Part shown: positions 41,580-54,929 of the stretch, piece by piece | Layout: each line of letters starts with the position of its first letter | Position numbering within the stretch: position 1 is the first letter of the stretch | DNA from: Balanoglossus misakiensis | Lineage: Eukaryota > Animalia > Hemichordata | NCBI GenBank assembly: GCA_040954595.2 | Contig: CM082587.2 | Coordinates: 1,641,000 to 1,704,999, forward strand | Direction of reading: 5' to 3' | Length of the DNA stretch: 64,000 nucleotides | Translations under genes and position numbers: made by a program | Notes under the pieces: generated by a model | Databases searched by the model: none | What the model saw: the letters and a program-made list of their open reading frames with translations, nothing else | What the model was told of the DNA's origin: nothing

Positions 41580-44500
41580 ATGGAGCGAGAAAACGAAGGT
41601 GACGCGGAAACTGCCATCCATAGAAGACGACCGATTTCCTCAACGCACACAGTGAAACTTGAGTGAGTGAACTCAGTACACTAATGGCTTCTGTCTAAAA
41701 ATAAGTCTAAAGTTGATACAATGTATAAAATAGTCAAGTTAATGTGTTTGTCATTGTGATGTCAGTCAGGTACCTCCATGGTCTGATATAAGTAGCTTGG
41801 AAGGGAACACACACCTTTCACATTCCAGCTGGTTTCTGGAGGTCACATTTTAGCTAAGAATAGTCTTTGGCAGGATCATGTGTCACTTGCATAAGTATTG
41901 TGTGGAAAACATGCTATTCTGGCCAACCTATCATCTCATACAACACAGTTACAATTCAGAAAGGTCATATCTTTAGTCAAGTTAGTGACATTGTACTTGG
42001 TATCCATGGTGATACACTAATTGATAGTCATTCTCCTATTCCTCTTGTCTGCCACCCCTGTCATTAAATGGTATTAGCCGAAATCCCAATTAAAGTTTTT
42101 GGCTGTTGTTTTTAATTTTCAGAACAGATGCAGAAACATATGGTGACATACCAGAGACCGAACCTCTGATGGCGGGAAAAGATTCATCCACAGTGATGCG
42201 ATGGGCAAAATGTTACGCCATTTATGTTCTGATATTACTGCTGATAGCCTACCTGTTGAATCAACTGGACCGCTATGCTCTGGCAGTTGTGACACAGCCT
42301 ATGTCTCAAGATATTCACTATGGCGACCAAAGTTGTCTCTATGGTGACGGTGTGGATCCTGCTACCAGCCCTATTGAATGTATCAAAATCACTGAGAAGG
42401 ACAAGTTAGTATATTCTTTCTTTCTGTCAATTAATACTTCAGAAAAGTTTAATTACAGTGGTGCCAGGGGGAAATGGACATATTGATTATTCTTCCAGTT
42501 CCTACAAAAACGTGCTGTGCAGTCTTTTGTGGAATATTCATGTTGACTGATCAGTTTGCATATGAAACATCTGTTTGTGTTATTTTTTCCAGCTTTATGG
42601 CCGAACTGAAAACAGATTGGGAATTTTGATAAAAGTACATGTTCTTGATTATTTTCTAGGTGTACAGAAGCCAATGTTGGGAATGATACTAATCCGTGTA
42701 AATGGGATTACAATGGCAATGGATTCCAGTACCAGGTCTTGGTCGGGCCGGTCTTTATATTAGTGTACACGTTTATGGGAATACCGTTAAGTTATGCAGC
42801 TGACAAGACCAACCGGAAAAATTTGCTGGCGATATGTTTAATTTTCTGGAGTATCATGACACTTCTGACAGGATTTGCCCAGGAATACTGGCATCTTGTC
42901 ATTCTCAGATTTGGACTTGGAATTGGGTATGTACACATGGACTTCAATCCTTTTCTGCATGTGGAAGACTTTGATATTTCCAAGAGAAACTTTGTGTATT
43001 TCCATGCATTAATAATTCAATTTTTGGTGTCATTTCAGTCAGGCTGGATGTACCCCATTCGCTGCCAGTATAATCACAGATTACTTCTCAGATAGTACCA
43101 GGGGCACTGCGCTTGGTGTCTACAACTGGGGTATCTATGTTGGCTATAGTATGGCGTATGCAGTGGGAAATTTCATCACTCAAGCTAACATTAACGATCA
43201 GGTATGCATGAAATATAAACAGAGTCTTATTTTGTAACTCATGAAGATGGTCTTGTATTTTTTGTGTTTTGAAAACTGACTACATTTTATCTGTTTCAGG
43301 GTTGGAGGTGGGTATTTTGGATTTGTGGTATTCCGGGAATTTTGCATGGAATATTGATTTTTGTGTCACTCAAAGAACCAGAGAGGAAGAAAAGCTTCAA
43401 GGAAGGAACTCCGGAGAAGAAACTGAATGGTCATCCTGTGCCATTGACGTGTTGGGAGAAAACTAAAGTAGTGGCAAAACCGTTCCTCAGTCCTTCTTTA
43501 CTGATAATATGTTTTGCTGGTTCTGTCCGGAATGGAGGTAAATATACAGTTGTATTTACTCAGACTTGTAGGTCATTGTCAATGGAGTTATGAGTTGTCA
43601 GTTTGATTTTCCTTTTCATCTGCTCTACTATACACACAACTCCATAATCTTTGCATGTACATGTATGTTAATGTCTGTCTGTGCAAAACCATATGGCAAA
43701 TAAAGAAAAAACTGCACATGCCCCAATAATTATTAATACTACCTATTTTTTTCAGCGGGATATGTCTGGGGCTACAATACACAGCCGTATTTCAATACAT
43801 ATTACCCAGCCGTGAATGTGGGCTTTTGGATGTCTTGGGTACCATTGGTCAGTGGAAGCATTGGTGTTGTATTCGGTGGTTTCATTTCAGACAGGGTTGT
43901 CAAAAGAAGTGGTCCAGTGGCCAGAATTTGGGTCATTGTCATTAGTTTGGTAAGTTTGCACATACAGATACAATTACTGTGAGGAACTATCTGAATATTT
44001 TCTCTGTGTGCTTATTGTCCCATCTGTGTTTGTGTGATGATTCTAACAATGTTGACATCTTTTTTACATCTTTAGCTTATAGCAGCACCATTTGCGGCCT
44101 TGACTTTGCTGGTGGACCCACCATGGGCTTTCGTCTGTCAAATCCCTACCTATATCTTTGGTATGTACATATTGATAGTGTCTTGAAAGCTTCAAAATGA
44201 GAGTGTCACGTTATTTGCATGTCCCAATGAACATAAAACCAGATAATTCTAACTCATTGCCGTATGTTCATACGCAGGTGAAATGTGGGTCAGTGTGACC
44301 TTAGCAGTGATAGTTGACCTTGTTCCCTCATCCATCCGGACAGCAGTAATAGCCGTGTATTTCTTCATCATCACCAACATCGGTGGCAACATGCCTCTAT
44401 TGGTGGCGCCGATCACTGATGTTTCCTCTCTCAGAGTGGCGCTTCTTATACTCTATCCAGGGATGTATGTTGCAGGGTAAGTCTTGATGTCGTGGCAACC

Positions 44501-44915
44501 ATATTGCAGTGTCTTTCAAGCCGATGTGTCTTTCTGTAGTACATACACCCTTTTCAAAACTCTAGCGCCCTCACACAGTCATAGTTGACCAATCACATCA
44601 AGTGGATTTTCCTCTTTGATGCCTTGGCCTTGGACACAAAATAATGACGATATAGACAAAAAGGTCACTGGCTAGATTTTGTATGAATGTAAATCTCACA
44701 GTTGGGATGTTGTTTGTTCTTTCAACAGTTCCCTGTTCTATGTGGTGAGTCTGGTGGTTCTGAAGAGAGACATTCGCAAAGTACAAGAGAAAGAAGCAAT
44801 GGGTAAAGAGCCTCTACTTGATGATGACGGAAACGAAGAAGAAGAAGCCAAGTCAAAACCAGAGACAGACAAACAGAAGACACTCTACGGCACTTTGCCA
44901 GTAGATAATCAATAA
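41580..44915 (+). CDS. Multi-exon MFS transporter, spinster-like
   Basis: YLLNQLDRY; GPVFILVYTFMGIPLSYAADKTNRKNLL (motif A); ILRFGLGIGQAGCTP; RGTALGVYNWGIY; GGFISDR; DLVPSSIRTAVIAVYFF; stop TAA 44913-44915. Confidence 0.85.
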
Positions 44916-45948
44916 TTCAGAACAGAAAACATAGTTTTGATCATCACAGTGACATCCCCATTTTGTGATTATGCAAATAACACTCAGTCATATGAGTTCC
45001 CCTCTCTTAGGTCCATCTGAGGTCCAAAGGCTGAATCCTGAGGCTTGGTTGTACATAACACCTACATGTACAACATCTTTTCGGGTACATAAACAGAGGC
45101 TGATTTTCCCCAGTTTCAGTTAATTTATGCCCTTTTGACCATATATGCGCATGCGCAGTGACTAATTTTTTCCCCTCATTTGAATATTCATGATGCTGGC
45201 ACCCAGTTTAATTCTGTGCATGGCTTCGTGTCAAATCTAGAAATTTTCATATTTACTATCATTTACATAATTATTTGCACTTTTACACATTTATACAGAT
45301 AACATAAAGCAATATAACAAAATACACAAAAAACAACGTAATATTTACAAGCAAACATGCTGAAAGACACACGCACACAAAATACCCACATTATTGGCAC
45401 ATTTGATAATCTAGTTTATTCTTGCATACTTTCACATGTGGTACATAAGTAAAAACAAATTCTGAACTTCATGTTGATATGTATACATGGATCAAGACCG
45501 GATCTAGGGCTGAACTTGACAAGGAAGGTTGATCAACTGGAACAATTTTACATATTGCTTATTCTGAGAAACTTCACAAGGGCAGTCTTGAACCCTGTCT
45601 GTTCCATAATACAAGGTATAGTTTGTAAAAGTCTAAAGAAATCGTGCTTGAACCAGTTTTATCAAAGCACCCTCTATGACTAAACAAAATGAAACAGATC
45701 AGACCTAACATTAACCAGTTAGCTCTGTTCAGGTCTAATGAAATAAACCCAAGGCCAGCAAAGGAGATGTGAGACAGTCTGCTATAGCAAATCCAGTCAC
45801 CTGACACAAAAAATACTGACATTTTTAGAACACAAAGCTAGAATCCTCATATACCATATTCAACATTTGATAGCTGTATTGCAAAGTTTTGAGACATGAA
45901 TTTCTTATTCTGTATGTCAGTGTTTGTTCTGGGTAACAAAGTACTATT

Positions 45949-48900
45949 TTACTTGTCCAGTTTACTTCTCAGACGAGCATATTCCTTCAATCTGAAACGT
46001 AAAGATACAGATATCATACAAATTATCATGAAATTTAGTAGGGTGCACATGCGACATGTCCGATTATCAAATACACACTTCTCTGCTTGGCCTTAGCAAA
46101 ACACATACTGTGACAACTTCATACCTGATCGCATTGATTTTGATGAAACCAGCAGCATCAGTCGGGTCATAGTCACCTTGAACATCCATGCTGAAATAAC
46201 AATCAAGAAACTACTATGAGAAAAATTCATGCATCAGAGTATGGTACATGTATTGGCCTTGTCTGGCACAATCGTACCGGTAGATGTTACTATGATCACT
46301 GACCCTCAGAAATATGATACTCATGCATACTAATTATCATAGATACCTGACAAGATCTTCATTGTAGAGTGACAGTGGTGATTCTCTGCCTAGGATGTAC
46401 ACATGTCCTTTGTAGACAGAGACTTTGACGATTCCTTCAACTCCTTCCTGGCTCTTAGCAATGCAGTGTCTGGTAAACTCACATTCTGGACTGTACCAGA
46501 ACCCTGAAATGCATCATGGTGTAACACCCCCTGTTAATGTAGTCTGCTACACAACAAAGCAAGCTGCACATGACCTAAAAAGTGGTATCACTTTCACTAT
46601 AAGTAAATCATGCGCAATACGTACCATTGTACACCTGTTCAGAGAATCTCAGTGACAAACCTTGCTTCAACCGTCGCACTTCCTGAAAAAATAAAACACC
46701 ATGACAGTTACATTTCTAACAATCAGATCAGCCAGAACAAGATTAGCCATCCTGTGTTGGGTTATGATTAGGTATACAGTCATCTCACCTTGTCCATTGT
46801 GAAAGTTTCAATGTCCAGATGTGCGTGGTACAAAATAGTAGCCCCTGGTGTCTCGTAAATGCCTATGGATGAGAATATTAGTGAACAGCATTGGCAGGTA
46901 GTTATATGGATATCTGTGGATGACCATTCATTCTCAAAAGAATTTCTAAATACAAATGTACTTGTTTTCGGTGTTGCTTGTTGTGCATAGCCATCTATGA
47001 ATTAAGGAACGTATTACGCACCTCTGGATTTCATTCCAATGAAACGATTCTCCACAATGTCAATTCTGCCAACACCATGCTTTCCTCTGTAAAATTAATT
47101 GGTGTATAAATAATAACAAATGCAATAGGACACATAAGTTATCATGAGATGAATAATTATGTTTATTCAAATGTGATTAAGATACACAAAACTTACGCAA
47201 TTTCATTGCAATAAAGATAGAGCTGCAATGCATCTGTCTTCTCTGTACCATCTCCCACATTCTTCACTCGAATTGGAATTCCTGAAACAATTAATGTTTT
47301 ATGAACGTACGATCAGTAAAGTTGAAAGACTTGTTATTTCTTTTCTAGATTCTACGTTTCAACATGTCAAAATCCTCCACTGAATTTGTACCTACCCTTT
47401 TTGAATTCGATAAGCAGAACATCTGGTTCATCAGGTGATTTCTTGGGATCTGTTGACATTTTGTACAGATCATCTGGTGCTTCAGCCTGCAATGTAAATT
47501 GATTACCATGGTGACCAATCACTGAGTGCAGAAAGCTAAGCATGGCTAGAATGACATGTCAAAACATCTCTGATGAGTTAAGCCAGGCCTGTCACATTTT
47601 CAACTAAAAAATCCAAGATTGTCTGAGACACTTACCTTTGGATCTTCAAGGAGTCCTGATTCATAACTGCAAAAACATAAAATGCAATTTGAAGTGAAGG
47701 TACTGTACTAGCATTTCATGTTAATATCAAAACTAGCACTCCTAAAATAGTAATCTCCCCAGATTCTTGCTGACACAGACCTGTATCATAGTGTTGTATC
47801 CTAGCCTATTCACTTGGCCTGTCTCAGAGATGAAAGTTTTTTCTCTTTTGGCTGTGTCATCATACTATCCATCTTTTAGGGCCCCTAAGTATTCCGACTT
47901 ACCTGATATGCATAAGATTTGCATCCATACTCCATGGACTCTTGGGAGTGACAGGCAAGGGGATATTATGAGCTTTTGCATATTCAAAGAGATCTTTGCG
48001 ACCAACAAACCTCTTGAAGAACTCAGGAATACGCCATGGTGATATGATCTGACAAGGGGGGAAATGAACTTCAATGAAAAACCTTTGCCCACTCCCACTA
48101 TTGGTGCTACATAACTGTAACATCAATATTACTGTGACATCCGGTGAAATCAAATAAAACTGTGATGAAATCAAAGCGTACCTGCACCCCAGGGTACAAA
48201 GCATAGCAGGTCAACTCAAAACGAATCTGATCATTTCCCTGCAAAGAAAAAAAGAACACATGTTTGTTAGAGGACACACAGACAGACAAACGTACAGGCA
48301 GATTGATTGATTGATTTCCTTTTTTGAAGAATTGTCCCATTTCTCTCTAACCTTTCCAGTTGCGCCATGAGAGACATATTCTGCGCCTTCCTCTTTGGCA
48401 ATTTTCACTTGCTCTCTTGCTATCACTGGTCTTGCAAACGATGTCCCCAGTTGATACCGATCTTCATACATAGCGTTGGCTTGGATTCCTGGCCATATAA
48501 ACTCCTCTACAAACTCCTTCCTCAAGTCCCGGATGTACACCTACAGATTGCGAAAAACATGAACATAACATTGCTAACAGTGTGTGTTTCTCCTTTCTCT
48601 GAGAAAGGAGAAAACCAATGTACCCTCATCCACGAAAGAAAATGAAAGAAACACATATGTATACTACACTAATTCGTTTGGTTTCTATGGCAACCTCTTG
48701 CTGCCTGCCCCTCAGATGATAACTAAGACAACCCCTATTTCCATGAATGGTCTACCCTCACTCAGAAATAGCATCACTGTCTGTTAGCTGTGTCAATTTT
48801 GCTCGCTGCTGTAACCATGCCAACGAAATGGCTTATCGAATGACATATTGTATCTCTCATGGCAGGCTCATTTATTTCTGAACTCATTTCGATAGTTGTA

Positions 48901-49896
48901 ATTTATATTCCATTTCCTGTAGATTTTGTACTCTTCAGTCTGTTCATTTTGAAGGAATTCAGCACAGAGTACTATAAATTCAGGTTGATTTCCTGTGTGT
49001 ATATCTTCCACTCATACTGAATAACCGGTCTAATTTCAGTTTGGCAGATTCACAATTCAGTTTGGCTAATGCAATAAACCAATCTCAGTGTACATTCTGC
49101 ATTTACAGCCAAAATGAACTCACTGTAACACAAACAAATTCAAGAAGGTGCACAAGTGAACTTACCTTCTTTGCCCCAAGCTTTTCAGCTTTTATTCTGG
49201 CCTCCTCAAAATCTTCATCAACTTGACCAAGATTGGCCTGTGAGGGAATACAGGAGCATTAAAAAAATCTGTCATTTGTCCATATCAAATCATATTCTTC
49301 AATGGCAAATATTGTAAAAATTTATTGTCAATCTAGAATCCACAAATGTACATTTGATACATGTGTGTATCTTGTCCGAGTCTATATCACGAGGCCAGCC
49401 TGTTATGACTTGTGGTATATTAATGAATCTCAAACATGCCCAAAGAATGACAGCAGTAATTATGTTCAAACTAATACATTTAAACATGTTTGAAGCATGT
49501 ATATGTACAACATACAAATATAAATATGACAGGCTAGAAATAATCTGGAATAATTAGAGCCAAAATACAGGAATTTCCCCTCTCCAATATGTTAAGATGT
49601 AGACTACATGTGTATCAGATATCAACCATTACCAGTTCTTCCAAATATCAAATTATCTTCTTTAAAATTTTGATCAAGTATTTTGCCTAAAATAGCATGT
49701 TATTTAAGATATTGATCTTGGAAAAACCGGAACATAGATTAATCTTTGACCAGATCAATATGTTGCCATGGTAACCTACCATATAGGCTATGACATCAAA
49801 GCCTTGTTCTTTAAGCCAAACCAGGATGCATGATGTGTCTAGACCACCACTGTATGCGAGGACTATAGTCTTCTTTTTCTCTCCAGTCTCTGCCAT
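45949..49896 (-). CDS. ASS1: Argininosuccinate synthase
   Basis: [15 protein letters not shown]; [14 protein letters not shown]; [16 protein letters not shown]; [16 protein letters not shown]; [19 protein letters not shown]; [10 protein letters not shown]; stop TAA 45949-45951. Confidence 0.96.
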
Positions 49897-50466
49897 TTTG
49901 CTCTGAGAATTAACAAACAATATATGTACAACTGACCAGAACTAGGTAATCTGGCTTTTAAAGGAAGTAAAATCAACTGGAGGCTAAAGATATACCAAAT
50001 TTATTACCATATCAAGCATATTTGCATTGGACTTCTGGTATCTGTCCTTATCAAATGATAAAATACTGATATCAAAATATCTATTAAGTTTAATGATCAT
50101 CTATAAACAGACGAACAGTAGATAATATCCTTGATCCATACCACAAATTTACAAGCACAACATAATCATTGCTAGAATCCCTAATTTATTTAGCCCTTGA
50201 AATAATCCGAATTTTAATCCAAGGCTGAGGTGTATTTATCCATCCATTGTATCCCATTTGCCCGAATTTGAATACAAGGCTGTTGTTGATAACATGTTGA
50301 AATGAACATGGGTGAGCACGTGGCTGGAATGCTGGTCACAGATCAGCCATTTGATTACAAACCATATGGTAAGAAGTATATGAAAGCAAAAGCGACCATA
50401 TTCGGTATGAATGATATATAATGGACTCAGATCAAATATAACACACGCTTCCCTTTACGTCTTTTA

Positions 50467-50866
50467 TGACGTCAAAATTTCACTTTCACTAGATGTGTAC
50501 AGACAAAAAGACAGTCCATTATTAAGGTACTATCATTTCTCGATTCGGGCCCGTTTGATGATCACGACTTGTCAGACTACATAAAGACCAGTTGCAGACT
50601 ATGCACTGGTGTTAGAAAATTATGTAAACAAACAGAAAAGTTCCGGGTTGCGTCATAACTTGTCCTCATTTCAATCAATGATCAGGTCACTTTCAGTAGA
50701 ACTGACACATCCCGGGGGCCACCGACCTCTAAAGCATCGGATACGAAATAATGCGTTCTTCTGGATGCTCCTGAAGTCACTTAAAGTAAAATATGATGCA
50801 ATCACACACAATGAATAAAAACAGATGTGTGCAAGTTTTCAGCTTCACTGAAAAATGATTGCATCA
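50467..50866. promoter_or_regulatory. Cluster of ATF/CREB and C/EBP-ATF (AARE) sites upstream of the ASS1 coding start
   Basis: TGACGTCA 50467-50474; TTGCGTCAT ~50648-50656; TGATGCAAT 50794-50802; ATTGCATCA 50858-50866. Confidence 0.55.
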
Positions 50867-52056
50867 GAATCGTGTTACTCTACCCGGAACGTGATGATGG
50901 CGTGTTAAGCACGAGGCCACATTGTCAATACAAGTAACACTAATCAACATGTCTGGCAGTTCGTCTCGGCAGCATTCCATTGCTTTCACAAAACATTAAT
51001 GACATTGTAATGACAGAAACAAATGTTTGTCCTTACCGATTGACTGTTAAGTTCCTTTCGTGAATATCTACGTAGTCCTTCTTACGTGATAGCCACAGTC
51101 CTCACTCGTATTACACTCAGTAAAAGACCTCGACTTGCTGTGACAGGCGCGCTTGTTTTGATTGATCGCTGTTGACCCAGATATACCGGTGGGTGTGTCC
51201 GGCTACACAGATGTGGTTGGTCGCGATATCCAGCGAGTTTTAATGTAATTTGATTTTTTAAACGCAATTATGGTTGGATTTAAACACTCTGTTTTTGTTT
51301 TGTTTCCCCCCAAAATAATATAAGTAGTGACTGTATAGGCCTACTTTGCCAAGGTTAGGAATAATTCACTTCCAAGATGAGGAACTCAACGACACAATCC
51401 AAATATTTATTCAGCTTGTAGGCCAAGTGTGATATTTATGATATTAAGAAAGAAGTTCACTATTCAATAGATCTCAGTCAAGTTTCAGGGACTGAATAAT
51501 TTTTTTTTTATCCGCAGTCGGCTTCATTTGACAGGTCACATGACTTCTCGATCTCAAACAATCATGCAGGTACCATGGTATATACATTCCATCAGCTGGA
51601 TTATTTGTTGTGGACATTTTCAGCTATTAATCCCCGAATGCTCCCAGATTCAGACAATGATAAAACGTGTATTGGTTCCTGTTTGATTTGAATGGAGAGA
51701 AGTAATCTGATGGTTCACCTACCTGTATGTTGAGACTGTTTTTTGAATATTACCTGCTTTTTCTCTTTTGGTGATCGATATACTTTCAAAAGGATTAATT
51801 TTCCTTTTCAACATTGCTCATTTATAATAGGAATTAAATCATATTGGCTAAAACATGAGGGTATGTATGCTGTGTATAAAAGCATGTCTATACAGCAATC
51901 TTCAGTTGTCAGTTTTAACCGAATTCATTGCACAAGGAAGCCACGTACCTTTCAGTCACCAAAGAGAATCAACGCTACACTGGTCAGCGTGGTTTGCAGT
52001 TCCAGTGACTGGTATACGACCCTTATCGTTCTACAACTTACAAACTGACTGTCGTT

Positions 52057-52947
52057 ATGACTTCAAGAAAGCCTGCATTTTACTCAAACATTGACCCAGA
52101 GTACGCGGCACCAATCTATTTCCGCGATGGTTTCCCACTGCTCGGGGCAAGTAATCGAGAAATCATGGATCAAGTCACTGATCTAGAACCCCGTCCAGAT
52201 GATGTCTTCATCGTTGGATTTCCGAAGTCTGGGACCAACTGGTTGCAGATACTGCTGTCCCAGATCTATCCAGACTGGGGAACTGTGCGGGAAAGCGATC
52301 ACAAACGCATCCCTCTCCTGGAGATAAGCCAAAAACCGAGTCTGTCCGGATTTGAGCAATTCATCGACGCCCCATCACCAAGACTGGTCAAGAGTCATCT
52401 TCCCTTTCACTTGTTTCCACGGAAACACCAAGAAACAGGCTGCAAGATTATCTACATCTTGAGGAACCCCAAGGACAGTTGTGTGTCTTTATTTCATATG
52501 CTGAAAGGGTATCGTCTGCTTGATGATAAAGACTGGCCAGATCACTTCCAGAGGTTTCTGAAGGGGAAGGTTTGGTACGGCCATTGGTTGGATCATGTCA
52601 GTGGTTGGCTCAATTACACCGGTGAAAACGTGATGGTTATTCATTATGAGGATATGAAGAAAGACCTGCCATCTGCCGTCAGTAAGCTGTCGCATTTTAT
52701 CGGCCATCCACTCAGCTGGACCGACTGCCAACGCATTGCTGGTACTGCCAACTTCGACAACATGAAGGCGACAGCTCAGGATCAAATCAATATTGGAAAA
52801 GTTTTCAATCAAGATGCATCTCCATTTTTCCGCAAAGGACAAGTCGGAGACTGGAAGAACACGTTCACTGTTTCTCAGAATGAAATATTTGACGCTGTTT
52901 TGGGGGACAAACTTAAAGAGGCTGGTTTGGAAGTAGTTTATGGGTAA
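52057..52947 (+). CDS. Intronless cytosolic-type sulfotransferase (second paralog)
   Basis: GFPKSGTNW, PRLVKSHLP, YILRNPKDSCVS, YEDMKKDL, FFRKGQVGDWKNTFTVSQNE. Confidence 0.93.
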   Translation: MTSRKPAFYSNIDPEYAAPIYFRDGFPLLGASNREIMDQVTDLEPRPDDVFIVGFPKSGTNWLQILLSQIYPDWGTVRESDHKRIPLLEISQKPSLSGFEQFIDAPSPRLVKSHLPFHLFPRKHQETGCKIIYILRNPKDSCVSLFHMLKGYRLLDDKDWPDHFQRFLKGKVWYGHWLDHVSGWLNYTGENVMVIHYEDMKKDLPSAVSKLSHFIGHPLSWTDCQRIAGTANFDNMKATAQDQINIGKVFNQDASPFFRKGQVGDWKNTFTVSQNEIFDAVLGDKLKEAGLEVVYG

Positions 52948-53491
52948 TACGTCCTAGTTACATCGATGAAGTTATTTTCAGGGAGACACACACAGTAACG
53001 ACGAACCGTAACCTGCATGAATGTTGATGCGTAGAATTTATTGACAGATACAGAATATCTCAATACAATGTACAAGGGTCTTGTTCACTTCGATTGGCTG
53101 AAGTTAATCTTACTCAATACGAAAGAGAAATATTTAGCATTCGGTAAATTTCAAAAGATCTGTTAAATTTCACTACAGTGGTTTGAAAACGTAAGCATAT
53201 CGTGCGCTCGGAGTCATGGAATACATGGAGTGTGAAATGTGGAATGTATTCATCGTCGTCATTGCTCCCTCATGCACTTACATATTCAGCATTGATCGGA
53301 AATCATGTAAGATTTTGCATCAAACAGAACAAGTCTTTTCTACTGGTAATTGTTAAATTCTCACTCGCCATAATTTGGCTTACTCCCTTCCCACGTCGTA
53401 AACCGCACTTTTCTACTACCAAGGCTCTCTTCTCTTTTAAGTACATATTCCTGCAAGAGTTGAAACCAGTACGTACAACTTAAGTTGCAGT

Positions 53492-54929
53492 CTACAAAGC
53501 AACTGTTGTTGTGACCATGGTGACAATGATGAGGACGATCCCAACGACAACGTTGGGCTTGAACACGTTGCCATGGCTACCTGCAAGAGAGAGAAGATGG
53601 TGCAAGAACGGTTAGATTTCAGACACAAGATTGGTGAAGACTTTCTTTCTCTCTTATCTGGCTTTCAAAAGTCCATCATATAACTCTTAACATTTGACTC
53701 ACATTCGGAGATTCCAGCGCCCGATGGTGGTTGCTCTCCAAGCGGCAAACAGAGAAAATCGTTCTGGACATTAATATCGTTGATGGCGTTAACCACATCG
53801 AGAGCGACACAGACGTGAGTGAATTCGTCGCATTGCTCCTCCGGTATCATCATGTCGGCGGTCAGTCTGATCTCCACGGGGTTTGCGCCCGCGACGTCGC
53901 TTGCATAGGCCTGTCGCAGCTTTCCGTTATCGCCGGGCGTTGTGGCGATCCCCCCGGAAGGCAACTTGACGGTCAGCGTGTTGAAGAAGTCGACTCCGTT
54001 CGTGAAGTAAGCTTTCACCGTAAAGGTGTCTGCGTCGGCATTGGCTGGTACTTCAACCATACCGTCGTTGTACACCCCAACATAGGCCGCAATATCAGTG
54101 CCACTATCGACTGTATAGGTGATATCTGTGGTGTTCATCGCAAAAGATTTGACTGCCAAATCTGTTGAAAGATGAATCATTGATATTGATATGAATTCGT
54201 TGCTTAAAATTAAAGCGGCACTCTCACTTTGTAAATATTTGTTACACTAACTCAAACCCTCCCTCCCTCCCCCTCCTCCTTACCTGAACACCTGACCACT
54301 CCAGAATCTGTCGCCGACAGCTGCTTGCACAGGAACACGTTTTCCTTGTCGTCAACGACAACGCAGAGATACGTGAACGAGCGACACTTTTCTGCATCGC
54401 ACATGATCGACACGCTGTTGTCGGCTGTGCTCGCGGTCCCGTCTGCCGCCACGGTTAATGGTGGATTATACACAAAGGGGAAACCGTTCGACTTCTGAGC
54501 AGCTTGAGGATAGATGTTGTCTGTGAGATACAATTTAACTCCAGATATTGACTCTTCTTCTTGGCCATCGTTGGTGAACTCCAGGCCGAATGTGATCGTT
54601 TGCTGCCTCCCGGGAGCGTAAATCACAGTCTCCGGGTTGGATACCGTCATCCCCGTTATTTTCAAGTCCTCTGAAAATTAGATAAATGCGAAGCATCTTG
54701 AAAGAGTGCCACAATAGGATTTGATTTTTTGTTGGACTGTCTTACTATTGGTATTCCATTTGACAAATATTTCGCCCTTTGCGGATCCCGCACCAATATG
54801 ATTATATGCAGATGGATATCAATCAGACATGAACCGTGGTTTTCATCCTCGGCTCGGATGAATTTACTCACGCGCTTTCACTGTCACCGACAACGATAGC
54901 AACACCACCACAGCATAGGTAATCCCCAT
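53492..54929 (-). CDS. Secreted/GPI-anchored protein with two CARDB-like domains (family member B)
   Basis: Exons 54872-54929 (MGITYAVVVLLSLSVTVKA), 54284-54670 (QDLKITG..FTNDG..KLYLTDN..C.FTYLCV..C), 53703-54161 (DLAVKSF..VYNDG..C..FTHVCV..NDINVQNDFLCL), 53492-53580 (CSHGNVFKPNVVVGIVLIIVTMVTTTVAL*). All introns are phase 1. Confidence 0.78.

Noticed and set aside
46661-46682. Apparent 22-nt ASS1 microexon
   Set aside because: The reading frame continues ([13 protein letters not shown]) to the true donor at ~46624
47569-47600. Hammerhead ribozyme core CTGATGAG
   Set aside because: No downstream GAAA or stem II/III pairing
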